Sequence record: MK327937.1
Strand: one strand, 5' to 3'
From: Escherichia phage vB_EcoM_G10400
DNA length: 64,000 nucleotides
Part shown: one piece after another, positions 50,207 through 59,137 of the stretch
How positions within the stretch are numbered: position 1 is the stretch's first letter
How the letters are laid out: the number at the start of each line of letters is the position of its first letter
Made by a program: the position numbers and the translations under genes
The notes under the pieces: generated by a model
Told to the model about the DNA's origin: nothing
Database searches by the model: none
Seen by the model: the letters and a program-made list of their open reading frames with translations, nothing else

Positions 50207-50733
50207 TATGCGAGTACCGTCTTTAACCGTTCTTCAAACTTCCGAAGAGTATTTTGGCGTTCAGCTCTTTGCTTTTTGTAAGTTTCAATACGCTCTGAAA
50301 TGAGAGTGTATCGTTCATTTACTGATTCTTTCATAAAATCAGGAATTTCACGAGAAGCTTTAATCTCATCAAATTTATCAATAACAGCTTGCTCTTCAGC
50401 AATTAAGTTATCATACATCAAAATATCTTTCTTGATGAACTCAATATCTTCTTGAGTTACACGAGATAATTTAGATGCTTTATCCTTTTTGTACTGTTCG
50501 TTAGTATCACGAGACCAGTGTAATATACGATTTTTATTCATATTTTTGTAAATTTCTACAATACCAATCTCATCGATAATAACGATCCAATTCCAACGAG
50601 ATTTGTAAATTTGTCCTCCATCAACAGTGATTTCACCTCCGATTGAGATGTCATTAAAGAACTTGCTTTGTGCTTCAGATTTAAATTTACCATCATTGTA
50701 GTTTACCAAGTTGAAAATATCTTTAGCATTCAT
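50206..50733 (-). CDS. hypothetical protein
   Basis: 175 aa; GGAGG RBS; early promoter upstream. Confidence 0.55.
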   Translation of the reverse strand: MNAKDIFNLVNYNDGKFKSEAQSKFFNDISIGGEITVDGGQIYKSRWNWIVIIDEIGIVEIYKNMNKNRILHWSRDTNEQYKKDKASKLSRVTQEDIEFIKKDILMYDNLIAEEQAVIDKFDEIKASREIPDFMKESVNERYTLISERIETYKKQRAERQNTLRKFEERLKTVLA

Positions 50734-50761
50734 TTTCTGTTCCTCCGTAGTTGATAGTTAT

Positions 50762-50791
50762 ATAGTACCACAGAGGAACAGTCTTGTAAAC
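50762..50791 (-). promoter_or_regulatory. early promoter
   Basis: minus strand gtttacaagactgttcctctgtggtactat. Confidence 0.55.
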
Positions 50792-50793
50792 AA

Positions 50794-51096
50794 CTAAAAG
50801 AAACTTCTTTCACAATTTTTTCCACTGAACCACGCGCTCACTGCTTTCTTAGTCTCAGGAGCGGTGTTATCCATAAACCATTCAAAGGCAGCCTTTTTAT
50901 GATTCTGGAGGGCTTCTCGGGCTTTAATCTGCTCACGGTCTATTAACACTAACATATGAGCCTTTCTTGTCACCAGGGGCTTCTTATGATTTTTTGAATA
51001 TTCCCAATCATTTGTCCAACGCATTGTCGTTGCGAACTGATGAACTGCGTCTTTAATTTTAGTTTCATAAATTTCACGAGCCTTTGAGTATAACAT
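50794..51096 (-). CDS. hypothetical protein
   Basis: 100 aa from ATG 51096 with GGAGG RBS (track start 51108). Confidence 0.5.
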   Translation of the reverse strand: MLYSKAREIYETKIKDAVHQFATTMRWTNDWEYSKNHKKPLVTRKAHMLVLIDREQIKAREALQNHKKAAFEWFMDNTAPETKKAVSAWFSGKNCERSFF

Positions 51097-51198
51097 CACT
51101 ACCTCCATTTACCAGTTTAATTCTAGTCATCTTTTTGATGGCAGTCCATATAATCTATTTCTGAACTGCCTTTTTGTCTTAGAAGTCCTCTTATGAAT

Positions 51199-52167
51199 TT
51201 ATTTCAGAAGAGTAACCTCAGCGATTTCTTCCCAACCGTTTTTGTCGGTCATAATAAAGTCAGCAAGATAAAGAGCAGTACGCAGTGAAACATTACGTAA
51301 ACGGTTAACATTGACTTTCATCCATGATAATGCTTTATAAGTTTCTTCATCAGAAAGACCGCGCTTTTGCATCATGTCGGTTGAAAGAATAACATCTTCA
51401 ACCCTGACCATAATTTCTTCATTAGTGTGAACACCCAAATCTAAATAAACTGAGCGGGACACTAATGCTTGTAAATGTGGAGCAAGTTTAGTACCACGGT
51501 CTAATTCGCGGTCAATATCAACGTTTGTGATAAAAACAATCGTTCCTTTAAATTCAAACTCACGCTCAATGCCTTTTTCTTCTAAGTAAGAAGATGCAGT
51601 GCTCCAGCAGACTTTACGGGTCTCTCCAGTGTCCAGAGCGGCTTTTAGAAGATTAAGAATGTCCATATCAGAGAAAACATCCACATCATCAATCAAAAGG
51701 ACAGAATTCTCTTCACGATTATTCCAAAGCTGCTCATAAAGACCAATGCCAGAGATTTTACCGTTAATGCTTTTATATTCAATGTATCCATTATCATTTG
51801 CTTTATTCAAAGCTTTATCTAAAGAATACGTTTTACCAATACCTGCTGCACCAGAGATAATTAATGAACGAATGTTTCCGTTAATAATACCATTCGTCAT
51901 CATTCCCATAACATTAAATCTTTTATTAATGCGGGTTTTCATATCTTCATATGATTCTTTAACTTCTTCAACTTTTACACCATCATATGAAATGTCTGAT
52001 TTGTAAACCCAAACACCGCGACGTTTACCGTCAATTTCAACAAAAACTTTACCATCTCCTTGTGCATCTACCGGAGCATTATCTGGGAACCATTCGCCTA
52101 AGAGCTCAAAAGTTCCAGAGATTTCTTTACCAAAGTAGATACCCTTATTGATAGTTACAGTTTTCAT
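51199..52167 (-). CDS. AAA+/P-loop ATPase
   Basis: 322 aa from ATG 52167 (track extension to 52284 contains terminator and promoter); Walker A GAAGIGKT, Walker B VLLIDDVD. Confidence 0.65.
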   Translation of the reverse strand: MKTVTINKGIYFGKEISGTFELLGEWFPDNAPVDAQGDGKVFVEIDGKRRGVWVYKSDISYDGVKVEEVKESYEDMKTRINKRFNVMGMMTNGIINGNIRSLIISGAAGIGKTYSLDKALNKANDNGYIEYKSINGKISGIGLYEQLWNNREENSVLLIDDVDVFSDMDILNLLKAALDTGETRKVCWSTASSYLEEKGIEREFEFKGTIVFITNVDIDRELDRGTKLAPHLQALVSRSVYLDLGVHTNEEIMVRVEDVILSTDMMQKRGLSDEETYKALSWMKVNVNRLRNVSLRTALYLADFIMTDKNGWEEIAEVTLLK

Positions 52168-52201
52168 TTTATTCTCCAAATCCGTATCAGTTGATAGTTG
52201 T

Positions 52202-52231
52202 ATAGTACCATAAAGCTTTATGCTTGTAAAC
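52202..52231 (-). promoter_or_regulatory. early promoter
   Basis: minus strand gtttacaagcataaagctttatggtactat upstream of ATPase gene. Confidence 0.55.
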
Positions 52232-52254
52232 CGTTTTGTGAAAAATTTTTGAAA

Positions 52255-52279
52255 TAAAAAGGGAGCCCGAAGGCTCCCT
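52255..52279 (-). terminator. tetraloop hairpin terminator + U-run
   Basis: gggagcccgaaggctccc with U5 on minus strand, downstream of NTase-fold gene. Confidence 0.7.
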
Positions 52280-52280
52280 A

Positions 52281-53294
52281 TCATTTATAATAACTTCGAT
52301 GGTTTTCAAGATAGACCTTCTCAAGGAAGTCATCCCAAAAACCCATGTCCACTTTTTGCTGCATACCGTTCTTAGAAGCTTCAGTAGATGCTGCTTCTAC
52401 TTGATCGACCACATCTTCCAAAAACTCTTGAACGGTTTTAAATGGATGTTTACCCAACTTCACGTCAAGAATAAATGGAGCGTCTTGAAGTGGATAAACC
52501 AAGTCGCCAGTTTTGTAAATTTCCAATAGTTGAAGTCCACCACGACAGGCATGGCTCAGAGCTTTCCAGTCAATACCTTCATTGGCTTCGGCCTTACGAG
52601 CACGTTCACCGTATTCAGCATCTAATTTGTTCAGTGACTGCTTAAGCTCAATAAGAGAAAGCGTTGTCTGATATTTACGACCCAACACTGTGTAAAACGT
52701 TTGTGGGCCTGTTTTCTCATGATTATGGAACACCCATTCACAGAATTCGTTTTCTGGAAGACGATGCTTAATATCTTCAACTTTAGTACGACGCTGCTTA
52801 ATAGAACCATCTTCTTGGTAATCAACCCATTGCTCAGGGATTTGATTAACTACTTTCAATACATCACGTAATGCAGCCAAACGAGAACCCTTGACACCGT
52901 ATTTAGAAGCTTGCTTGCGGACATATCCTAAATATGATTTCATGTTAGTCGTATAAAAACGAAAACGGTTGTCTTGAATAAACTTCCACACATCAGGCAA
53001 ATCAGATTTAACCACTAGTTCAGGTGGAGTGTGAAGCATATCCAACGCTACAGTTTCACCGTCTGCTGCTAATTTAAAGAAATATTTAAGACTGTATAGT
53101 TCATGGTCAATATCATCTTTAGTGTTTTTAGATGATGTATTGTTAGTGTTTTTACTCATATGCTCTTTGACATTTCCGATAAGAATATCGCGAGCAGGAG
53201 GAACAAAGATTTCTTTAAAATCTACATCAGATTCTGGGGTAGAAGTTCCATAAAGATGGCTACCAAAATAACTTTTCATTACTGTTTTCATCAT
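52281..53294 (-). CDS. nucleotidyltransferase-fold protein (Pol-beta-like NTase superfamily)
   Basis: 337 aa; N-terminal GS-x11-DVD motif (FGSHLYGTSTPESDVDF) plus downstream acidic DDIDHE; helical C-terminal region. Confidence 0.6.
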   Translation of the reverse strand: MMKTVMKSYFGSHLYGTSTPESDVDFKEIFVPPARDILIGNVKEHMSKNTNNTSSKNTKDDIDHELYSLKYFFKLAADGETVALDMLHTPPELVVKSDLPDVWKFIQDNRFRFYTTNMKSYLGYVRKQASKYGVKGSRLAALRDVLKVVNQIPEQWVDYQEDGSIKQRRTKVEDIKHRLPENEFCEWVFHNHEKTGPQTFYTVLGRKYQTTLSLIELKQSLNKLDAEYGERARKAEANEGIDWKALSHACRGGLQLLEIYKTGDLVYPLQDAPFILDVKLGKHPFKTVQEFLEDVVDQVEAASTEASKNGMQQKVDMGFWDDFLEKVYLENHRSYYK

Positions 53295-53752
53295 TCAGCC
53301 TCATATTCAATAACAGGACATACTTTAGCTTTACGAGCTTTTAAAAATTCAACGATAATCGATTTCTTGGGTTGAATAGGAGGTAAACCTTTATACGCTC
53401 TATCAATATTTTCTACGTGTAAAGCATAATCCTTCTTCCATTTATAATCTTTATATTTTTCACGCAAATGTGCAGGAATAACAAATGAACCGATAATAAG
53501 TAAAACAACCAAAAGCGCAAGTATAAATGCTGATGGAAGCAAAGTCCATAAACTACCGAAAATAAGCCAACGTTGTAGACTTTCTGCACAAATAATTGTT
53601 AGCCCTACGAGTATAGCACACCCAAAAATAGAAACGAAAAATGTAGGAATGGCAATAGACCAAAAATATGCGCATAGTGTCTTAGGTCGTTGCCATTCAT
53701 CGTTAAACAGTTTGAATAATTTATAGTGCCAAGAGTTTTCATTAATAATCAT
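53291..53752 (-). CDS. hypothetical membrane protein
   Basis: 153 aa; three hydrophobic segments. Confidence 0.55.
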   Translation of the reverse strand: MIINENSWHYKLFKLFNDEWQRPKTLCAYFWSIAIPTFFVSIFGCAILVGLTIICAESLQRWLIFGSLWTLLPSAFILALLVVLLIIGSFVIPAHLREKYKDYKWKKDYALHVENIDRAYKGLPPIQPKKSIIVEFLKARKAKVCPVIEYEAE

Positions 53753-53754
53753 AA

Positions 53755-54276
53755 TTATCCTTTCATTGAAGGCGTAACGGTTGTTAAATACTTAATCATA
53801 GCTTCAGCTTCTGATTTTGATAATGAAATTTCTCCATTGTTTTGACGAATAGAAATAAAATCCGGATGACGGTCACCACCAGCTTTTAAAACACACATAT
53901 AAGTATCAGCTTCGCCTTCAATATTTGAAATGATTGAAGCAGTTCCACATGAATGTGGTTTTTGATAAATCAATACAGCTTTTCTTCCACCGTTTGATTG
54001 TTCATAGGCTTTTAATACATCAAGCAAATCAGTTCTTTTATCAATAGCTAAGATGTTATTTTCATCTTCAATGTTAAATCCTTCGGATACTTCATAAAGC
54101 GTTACCCATAAATCACCAATGTCAATAACAGCATTTACTTTTCCACGGCTTTCAAGAGTATGACAAATTTTCTTGATTTCGTCATAACTCATTTTAATAA
54201 TATCATCTCCTTGAATAAGGAAGATGTCATTTTTAAATTCAACACGAATTAAACCGCTTCCACTTGAAATAAACAT
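53755..54276 (-). CDS. hypothetical protein, tandem paralog of 54283..54840
   Basis: 173 aa; C-terminus SKSEAEAMIKYLTTVTP similar to next ORF. Confidence 0.55.
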   Translation of the reverse strand: MFISSGSGLIRVEFKNDIFLIQGDDIIKMSYDEIKKICHTLESRGKVNAVIDIGDLWVTLYEVSEGFNIEDENNILAIDKRTDLLDVLKAYEQSNGGRKAVLIYQKPHSCGTASIISNIEGEADTYMCVLKAGGDRHPDFISIRQNNGEISLSKSEAEAMIKYLTTVTPSMKG

Positions 54277-54282
54277 ATTTCC

Positions 54283-54840
54283 TCACTTTGAAATCATAGT
54301 TGGAATAACAGAATCAAGATAAGTCTTTAGTGCAATAGCTTCGTCTTTGGTAAATGTGACAATATGTGCTCGAGAATCATCAATTTGGCGAATAGTTAAG
54401 ACATCTCCATCTTCATAACATTTTGATACGTTTAAAACAGTTTCATCATTCTGGTTGCAAGCGTTAGTAATAATAGCATTGCAATTTTTGAGCCATTTTA
54501 AACTGTGTTTTCTTTCATTAGAATAATAAAAATATTTAATCTTAGTTATAAAGCTATCCCAATGGATAACTGATAAACACATTGACTCACTTTTAATATT
54601 AAATCCTGGGCATGAAGAATAAAAATGAATTTTGTGCTCATCATTGATGCTTACTATTTTATCAGTATAAGGATATTCAATTTGGGTTAAATGAATGATT
54701 TCACTAGGCGTAAAATATAGCATATCGTCTTCTTGCGTCAAACGATACATGTTATTTACTTTTTCTATAGCCAATTCACCAAAAAGCGGACTAACTTCTA
54801 ATACTAATCGTTTCATATTGATTCTCTTCGACTCACTCAC
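54283..54840 (-). CDS. hypothetical protein, tandem paralog of 53755..54276
   Basis: 185 aa; GTG start with AGGAG RBS (or ATG at 54816); C-terminus TKDEAIALKTYLDSVIP. Confidence 0.55.
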   Translation of the reverse strand: MSESKRINMKRLVLEVSPLFGELAIEKVNNMYRLTQEDDMLYFTPSEIIHLTQIEYPYTDKIVSINDEHKIHFYSSCPGFNIKSESMCLSVIHWDSFITKIKYFYYSNERKHSLKWLKNCNAIITNACNQNDETVLNVSKCYEDGDVLTIRQIDDSRAHIVTFTKDEAIALKTYLDSVIPTMISK

Positions 54841-54975
54841 AATTACATACTCCTTTGAATAATATCAATAATGTTGTTCACCAGATTATAAGTAAACATT
54901 GGGTAATTATATTGAATCATTACATACACAACAAACAAAACTTTCATTCTCTTCTCCTTGGCAGTTGACAAGATT

Positions 54976-55005
54976 ACTATATCATAACCTTGCCAACTTG
55001 TAAAC
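54976..55005 (-). promoter_or_regulatory. early promoter
   Basis: minus strand gtttacaagttggcaaggttatgatatagt. Confidence 0.5.
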
Positions 55006-55007
55006 CA

Positions 55008-55181
55008 TTAAATAACGTTTTCAATAAAATTCTGAAGCTTTGTATGAGCATCAACCATGATTTTCATTTCTTCTTTAGCGAAAGCTGTGCCTCTTTCCCG
55101 AGAAGAACACTCATAGTCAGAAACTGCATTAGCATATTCTTCAATTAGCTTCATTAAAAACATCTGCTTTTCAGTTTTCAT
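55008..55181 (-). CDS. hypothetical small protein
   Basis: 57 aa hand-translated ORF with GGTGG RBS in 330-nt gap. Confidence 0.4.
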   Translation of the reverse strand: MKTEKQMFLMKLIEEYANAVSDYECSSRERGTAFAKEEMKIMVDAHTKLQNFIENVI

Positions 55182-55365
55182 TATTCCACCTAATCATTTC
55201 AAGATATTGAACTAACTTAGCTTTGGATTTATCCAAATCTCTTTTAGCTGCTTCTATACCGTCGTATGAATATCCTTCACAATGCTCAACTGCCAATTGA
55301 TATGAATCTATTTCAATATCACGTGCTAATTTAATGATTTTTTCAAACTGTTCGCGTGTTAGCAT
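55171..55365 (-). CDS. hypothetical protein
   Basis: 64 aa ORF. Confidence 0.5.
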   Translation of the reverse strand: MLTREQFEKIIKLARDIEIDSYQLAVEHCEGYSYDGIEAAKRDLDKSKAKLVQYLEMIRWNNEN

Positions 55366-55367
55366 AC

Positions 55368-55571
55368 TTAAACTCTCGTATTATGATCGATAATTTCATC
55401 AAGAAACATATCTAACGCTTCTACAGCATTGTTAACTTTATCTTCAAATTCTTCAATACTTTTATTTGCAATGCCTGACGAAAACCAAGCAAAGTCACTA
55501 AGTTCCTCATCTGCTTTACGAATTAAAGCTACCAATTCCTTAATTTTATCAGCTTGTTCGATACTAATCAT
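55368..55571 (-). CDS. hypothetical protein
   Basis: 67 aa from internal ATG (track start GTG at 55607); start coordinate +/-1. Confidence 0.45.
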   Translation of the reverse strand: MISIEQADKIKELVALIRKADEELSDFAWFSSGIANKSIEEFEDKVNNAVEALDMFLDEIIDHNTRV

Positions 55572-55759
55572 TATTCCACCACATATGAAAGAGAGAATAT
55601 TGCACACGCCATGTGAGTTGCAACTTCATCACACATATTATAACGTTTCTTAAGAAGTTCTACAAGTTCTTCACTAGTAACTTCATCCATGTCGACGAAA
55701 AAATCACCATTAATGATGACGTAGATATTTCCTTCTTGATTGAGTGCTTCAATTTTCAT
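55571..55759 (-). CDS. hypothetical protein
   Basis: 62 aa from ATG 55759 (track start 55804 is TTG and lies upstream of the early promoter). Confidence 0.5.
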
Positions 55760-55787
55760 GATGTTCTCCTCTTTATCCGATAGTTGT

Positions 55788-55817
55788 ATAGTACCACAGC
55801 TCAAACGGAAAGTAAAC
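55788..55817 (-). promoter_or_regulatory. early promoter
   Basis: minus strand gtttactttccgtttgagctgtggtactat. Confidence 0.55.
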
Positions 55818-55826
55818 CGGTAAAAT

Positions 55827-55850
55827 GAAAAAAGTCTCCCGAAGGAGACT
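55827..55850 (-). terminator. tetraloop hairpin terminator + U-run
   Basis: agtctcccgaaggagact with U6 on minus strand. Confidence 0.7.
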
Positions 55851-55854
55851 AATG

Positions 55855-56241
55855 TTATTCGAGGGAAAGAAGATACTTACTCTGGTAAAACATTCCAGTA
55901 ATATCATCTATCGTGCTTTGGATGGCTGGAGGCATTTCTTTATAAATGCTGTTAGATTGGTCTAGTATGCGATCAATCATTTTAATTGTGTCGGTAGGAA
56001 GTTTACTGGCATCTGGAATTGAAGGTGTGTATTTTCTACCAGAATACCCCAAATACTGCTCACCAAATTTATCAATCAAATCTGGTAACTCGGAGAAAAT
56101 AAAATCGTATGCTTTGTGTCTAGCATAATTTTTAGTTTCAAAATGTGCAGAATGAAAATAAGCTTGTGCAGCCATTAATAAACCTAAGTATTCATCTGCC
56201 TTTGAAGGTTTTCCACTTTGTGAAAAGTCGCTGAATTTCAT
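55855..56241 (-). CDS. hypothetical protein (rI.-1-like)
   Basis: 128 aa ORF downstream of rI; terminator follows. Confidence 0.55.
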
Positions 56242-56531
56242 TCAGTCTCCAATTTAATGTTCATAATTCTAGCGTATGATTGTGCCATCTCCGCGCCTCG
56301 TTCTATACATTCAAAATCAGAAGAGCACGGGTCATTTTTATAGGTCGTTCTCATAAAACTATAGAATTGTTCAGACGATTCTACGCTTTTATTTTCAAAA
56401 AGCATATAAACGTGCCTAATACCAGATTCCATAAATTTATCAAAATGAGGATCGACATTCGCTTCAATCGATGGAGATAAAACAAACGCTAATCCTAGCA
56501 TGGCAAATAGTGCCGTTGCTTTTAAGGCCAT
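56238..56531 (-). CDS. rI: lysis inhibition regulator RI (periplasmic antiholin)
   Basis: 97 aa; signal-anchor MALKATALFAMLGLAFVLSPSIEA; near-identical to T4 RI as recalled. Confidence 0.88.
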   Translation of the reverse strand: MALKATALFAMLGLAFVLSPSIEANVDPHFDKFMESGIRHVYMLFENKSVESSEQFYSFMRTTYKNDPCSSDFECIERGAEMAQSYARIMNIKLETE

Positions 56532-56543
56532 AAAGGCCTCCTA

Positions 56544-56756
56544 TCATTTTTGTCCTGTATTTACTTTATGCCGGTGCACGGCCTTAACTTTATCAAGGTA
56601 TTTTTCAAAATTTCGCAATCTAGTATAGTCTGCCGGAGATTGGTTGAGCAATACTTCTCGACGCAAAGCTGAAATGATATTTCCAACTTCCCTACGAATT
56701 TCATCTAATTGAAGCACAGTAAGATTGCGAAGTTGCTTTTCAGTTAATTGTAGCAT
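56544..56756 (-). CDS. hypothetical protein (rI.1-like)
   Basis: 70 aa ORF. Confidence 0.5.
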   Translation of the reverse strand: MLQLTEKQLRNLTVLQLDEIRREVGNIISALRREVLLNQSPADYTRLRNFEKYLDKVKAVHRHKVNTGQK

Positions 56757-56798
56757 ATATACCCCTTTAGTTAGATAAACCTATTTATAACTTTTGCA

Positions 56799-57380
56799 CT
56801 AACCAAGCTTTTTAGTTAATTCATTCCAATGTTTTCTGCACAAAGAAACATAAATTTCATCACCAATACAGATTTGATTACCTTCTTTAACTGGTGTTCC
56901 ATCTTCCATTAATCGAGCTGTCATAATCGCTTTTTTGCCGCAATGACAAACTGCCTTTAGTTCAATAAGTTTATCTGCAATCGCTAAAAGTTCTTTAGAA
57001 CCTTCAAACAATTTTCCAGCGAAATCAGTCCTTAATCCATAAGCCATAACAGGAACATTATATGTATCAACAATTCGGCTTAATTGGTGCACCTGTTCAG
57101 TTTTTAAAAATTGGGCTTCATCTACAAATACGCAATGAATATCTTTTTGTGCTTCAGCCCATTTATAGAACTCGAAAATATCCATATCATCTGTAATAAT
57201 ATTCGCTTCCTGCTTAATTCCAATGCGAGAAACGACTTCACAGACAGAATCGCGAGTATCAATAGCAGGCTTAAGAACTAATACACTCATTCCACGTTCT
57301 TTATAATTATGCGCAGCAGTCAAAAGAGAAGCAGATTTTCCAGCATTCATTGCTGCATAAGTAAAAATTAAACTCGCCAT
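56799..57380 (-). CDS. tk: thymidine kinase
   Basis: 193 aa; Walker A AAMNAGKS; C-terminal Zn ribbon CHCGKK...CRKH. Confidence 0.95.
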   Translation of the reverse strand: MASLIFTYAAMNAGKSASLLTAAHNYKERGMSVLVLKPAIDTRDSVCEVVSRIGIKQEANIITDDMDIFEFYKWAEAQKDIHCVFVDEAQFLKTEQVHQLSRIVDTYNVPVMAYGLRTDFAGKLFEGSKELLAIADKLIELKAVCHCGKKAIMTARLMEDGTPVKEGNQICIGDEIYVSLCRKHWNELTKKLG

Positions 57381-57567
57381 CTTAGTCCTTAGTTAAATTT
57401 TCTAAATATGTTTCTAAATCATTTTCAGCTTTATCGATAGATTTTACTAATTCATAATATGTTTCGGCATCTCCATAATCAGAAGATAATTCAAAAGACA
57501 AATCCTTTTCTAAACTAATAATTTCACCAACTAAAAATAATATTTCGTTCTTTTTGTTCGCGAGTAA

Positions 57568-57753
57568 TCATAAGGAATTTATATAATTAATAAGTTCTTG
57601 TTCTTTATTATCGAATTCTTTAGAAAGTTCTTCGTACTCGTTTGCACTAAAAGGACCGCATTCATTACAAACTTTTTCCAATTCACTATTTTTATCCATA
57701 ACTTCATGGATAAGAGAAAAGAGTTTGTCTTTTTGTTCTTTGCTTAGGCTCAT
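57568..57753 (-). CDS. hypothetical protein
   Basis: 61 aa ORF. Confidence 0.45.
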   Translation of the reverse strand: MSLSKEQKDKLFSLIHEVMDKNSELEKVCNECGPFSANEYEELSKEFDNKEQELINYINSL

Positions 57754-57919
57754 ATATTAATTTCCAGAAGTTTTAAAATAATTCGCTTTTGCTTAAATAT
57801 TTCCATAGTTAAATGATCAGTATCTTTTTGACCAATTCCAATAGCAAAACCTTTATTAGCAGCGAGTTCAATTAAATTATCAAGTTCACGTGACACTTCA
57901 TATTGTAACTCAAAACTAT

Positions 57920-58147
57920 TCATTTCGGTTTACCTTCTTTAACGAAATCTGGATAAGGATAAAACCCCGAATAAAATCCTTCACCTTTATGATTGATGCA
58001 TCCTTTATTAGAACAATAGCACCAATAATCGAAATCACAAACCATTTCATCGTTGCATAAAGCAAAAACAACCGGCCATTTACACTTTTCACAGTGGGCA
58101 TTTTTAAGAATGCTAGTTTGGCTCATAACCATGTAACCTTTAAGCAA
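57920..58147 (-). CDS. hypothetical Cys-rich small protein
   Basis: 75 aa with 9 Cys (CEKCKW...CDFDYWCYC...GC). Confidence 0.45.
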   Translation of the reverse strand: MLKGYMVMSQTSILKNAHCEKCKWPVVFALCNDEMVCDFDYWCYCSNKGCINHKGEGFYSGFYPYPDFVKEGKPK

Positions 58148-58350
58148 TATTCTTCTACATGCTGTTTACGACCTTTCTTATCAATAAAGGTATATTCAAC
58201 GAATGTTCCAATATAGTCTTTATCTACATCATGTGGACTATTAATTGGGCATTTAGTACGGCAAATGCGTTCCCATTGACGAATAATTACTGCCTTATTC
58301 TTTGGGTCATATGGATGTGGATAATGTATATTCATAATAACGGTTCCCAA
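58123..58350 (-). CDS. hypothetical protein
   Basis: 75 aa ORF. Confidence 0.45.
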   Translation of the reverse strand: MGTVIMNIHYPHPYDPKNKAVIIRQWERICRTKCPINSPHDVDKDYIGTFVEYTFIDKKGRKQHVEEYCLKVTWL

Positions 58351-58799
58351 TCAACAATCACAATTTCTAATTTAGAGGAATATGTATCTAAAATCCCCTC
58401 AATAATATCCCAGTTCCCTTTACCTATGCCTGCACCAATCCTAGGCATATAGATTGTAGGTTTAATCAGTTTATTTTCACCAAACTCATTTAATTCTAAC
58501 ATACAATTCATTAAAGCGGAATACTCAAAATTTGGCCCTGGTTGAAATTGAGTATAAAGGTTGAAGCAATACGCTTTATGAGTCCTAAAGTATTTTTCAT
58601 AGACTGAGTAAGAACCGAGTTTAGTTACATCACCCCATTCAGTCTGTAATTTATCAGCTTCCAAAATTTTAGGGAAAGCTTTGGTTAATTGACCCGCTAC
58701 GCCTGAACCCATAGTATGAAAACAATTGCATCCATGCGCAATATTTTTACCTTCAGCGAAAAGGGCGACAATATCGCCCTTGATATATTTTACAATCAT
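58332..58799 (-). CDS. macro-domain-like protein (putative ADP-ribose binding/hydrolase fold)
   Basis: 155 aa; N-terminal GDIVA...HGCNCFHTMGSGVAGQL and later PRIGAGIGKGNW resemble macro-domain diphosphate-binding loops. Confidence 0.5.
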   Translation of the reverse strand: MIVKYIKGDIVALFAEGKNIAHGCNCFHTMGSGVAGQLTKAFPKILEADKLQTEWGDVTKLGSYSVYEKYFRTHKAYCFNLYTQFQPGPNFEYSALMNCMLELNEFGENKLIKPTIYMPRIGAGIGKGNWDIIEGILDTYSSKLEIVIVDWEPLL

Positions 58800-59137
58800 C
58801 TAGTACTCAATCCTCGATTATAAGAATCTACCAAACGGTCAACCATTGAATGACAAGCGGCTTTATCTTTCTCCTCCGCAACTGAACATTCTAAGGTATT
58901 CCACTTTTTAGCATATCGTTTTAATAATGTATCGTTTTTGTATCTGCTTGATTTATCTCTTTCTCCGTCTTTATATGCATATATTAATTTCTGTGCAAAT
59001 TCAGCTTGGCATGCTTTATTTTTCCCACAATAATCCGCTGCAGTACGGTTTACATACTCTCTAATTTCAGTATATGATGTATCTGCTAACGCAGAAAATG
59101 AAATTAATCCTATACATAAAACCAAAATTTTAGTCAT
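58796..59137 (-). CDS. putative secreted protein
   Basis: 113 aa; signal peptide MTKILVLCIGLISFSALA; 4 Cys. Confidence 0.55.
   Translation of the reverse strand: MTKILVLCIGLISFSALADTSYTEIREYVNRTAADYCGKNKACQAEFAQKLIYAYKDGERDKSSRYKNDTLLKRYAKKWNTLECSVAEEKDKAACHSMVDRLVDSYNRGLSTR

Noticed and set aside
52168-52284. N-terminal extension of the AAA+ ATPase ORF to 52284
   Set aside because: The extension contains the upstream terminator hairpin and the early promoter, so it cannot be inside the transcript; start moved to ATG 52167
57916-58101. 61-aa ORF overlapping 57920..58147
   Set aside because: Same locus, different frame; the Cys-rich 75-aa frame is the more protein-like of the two
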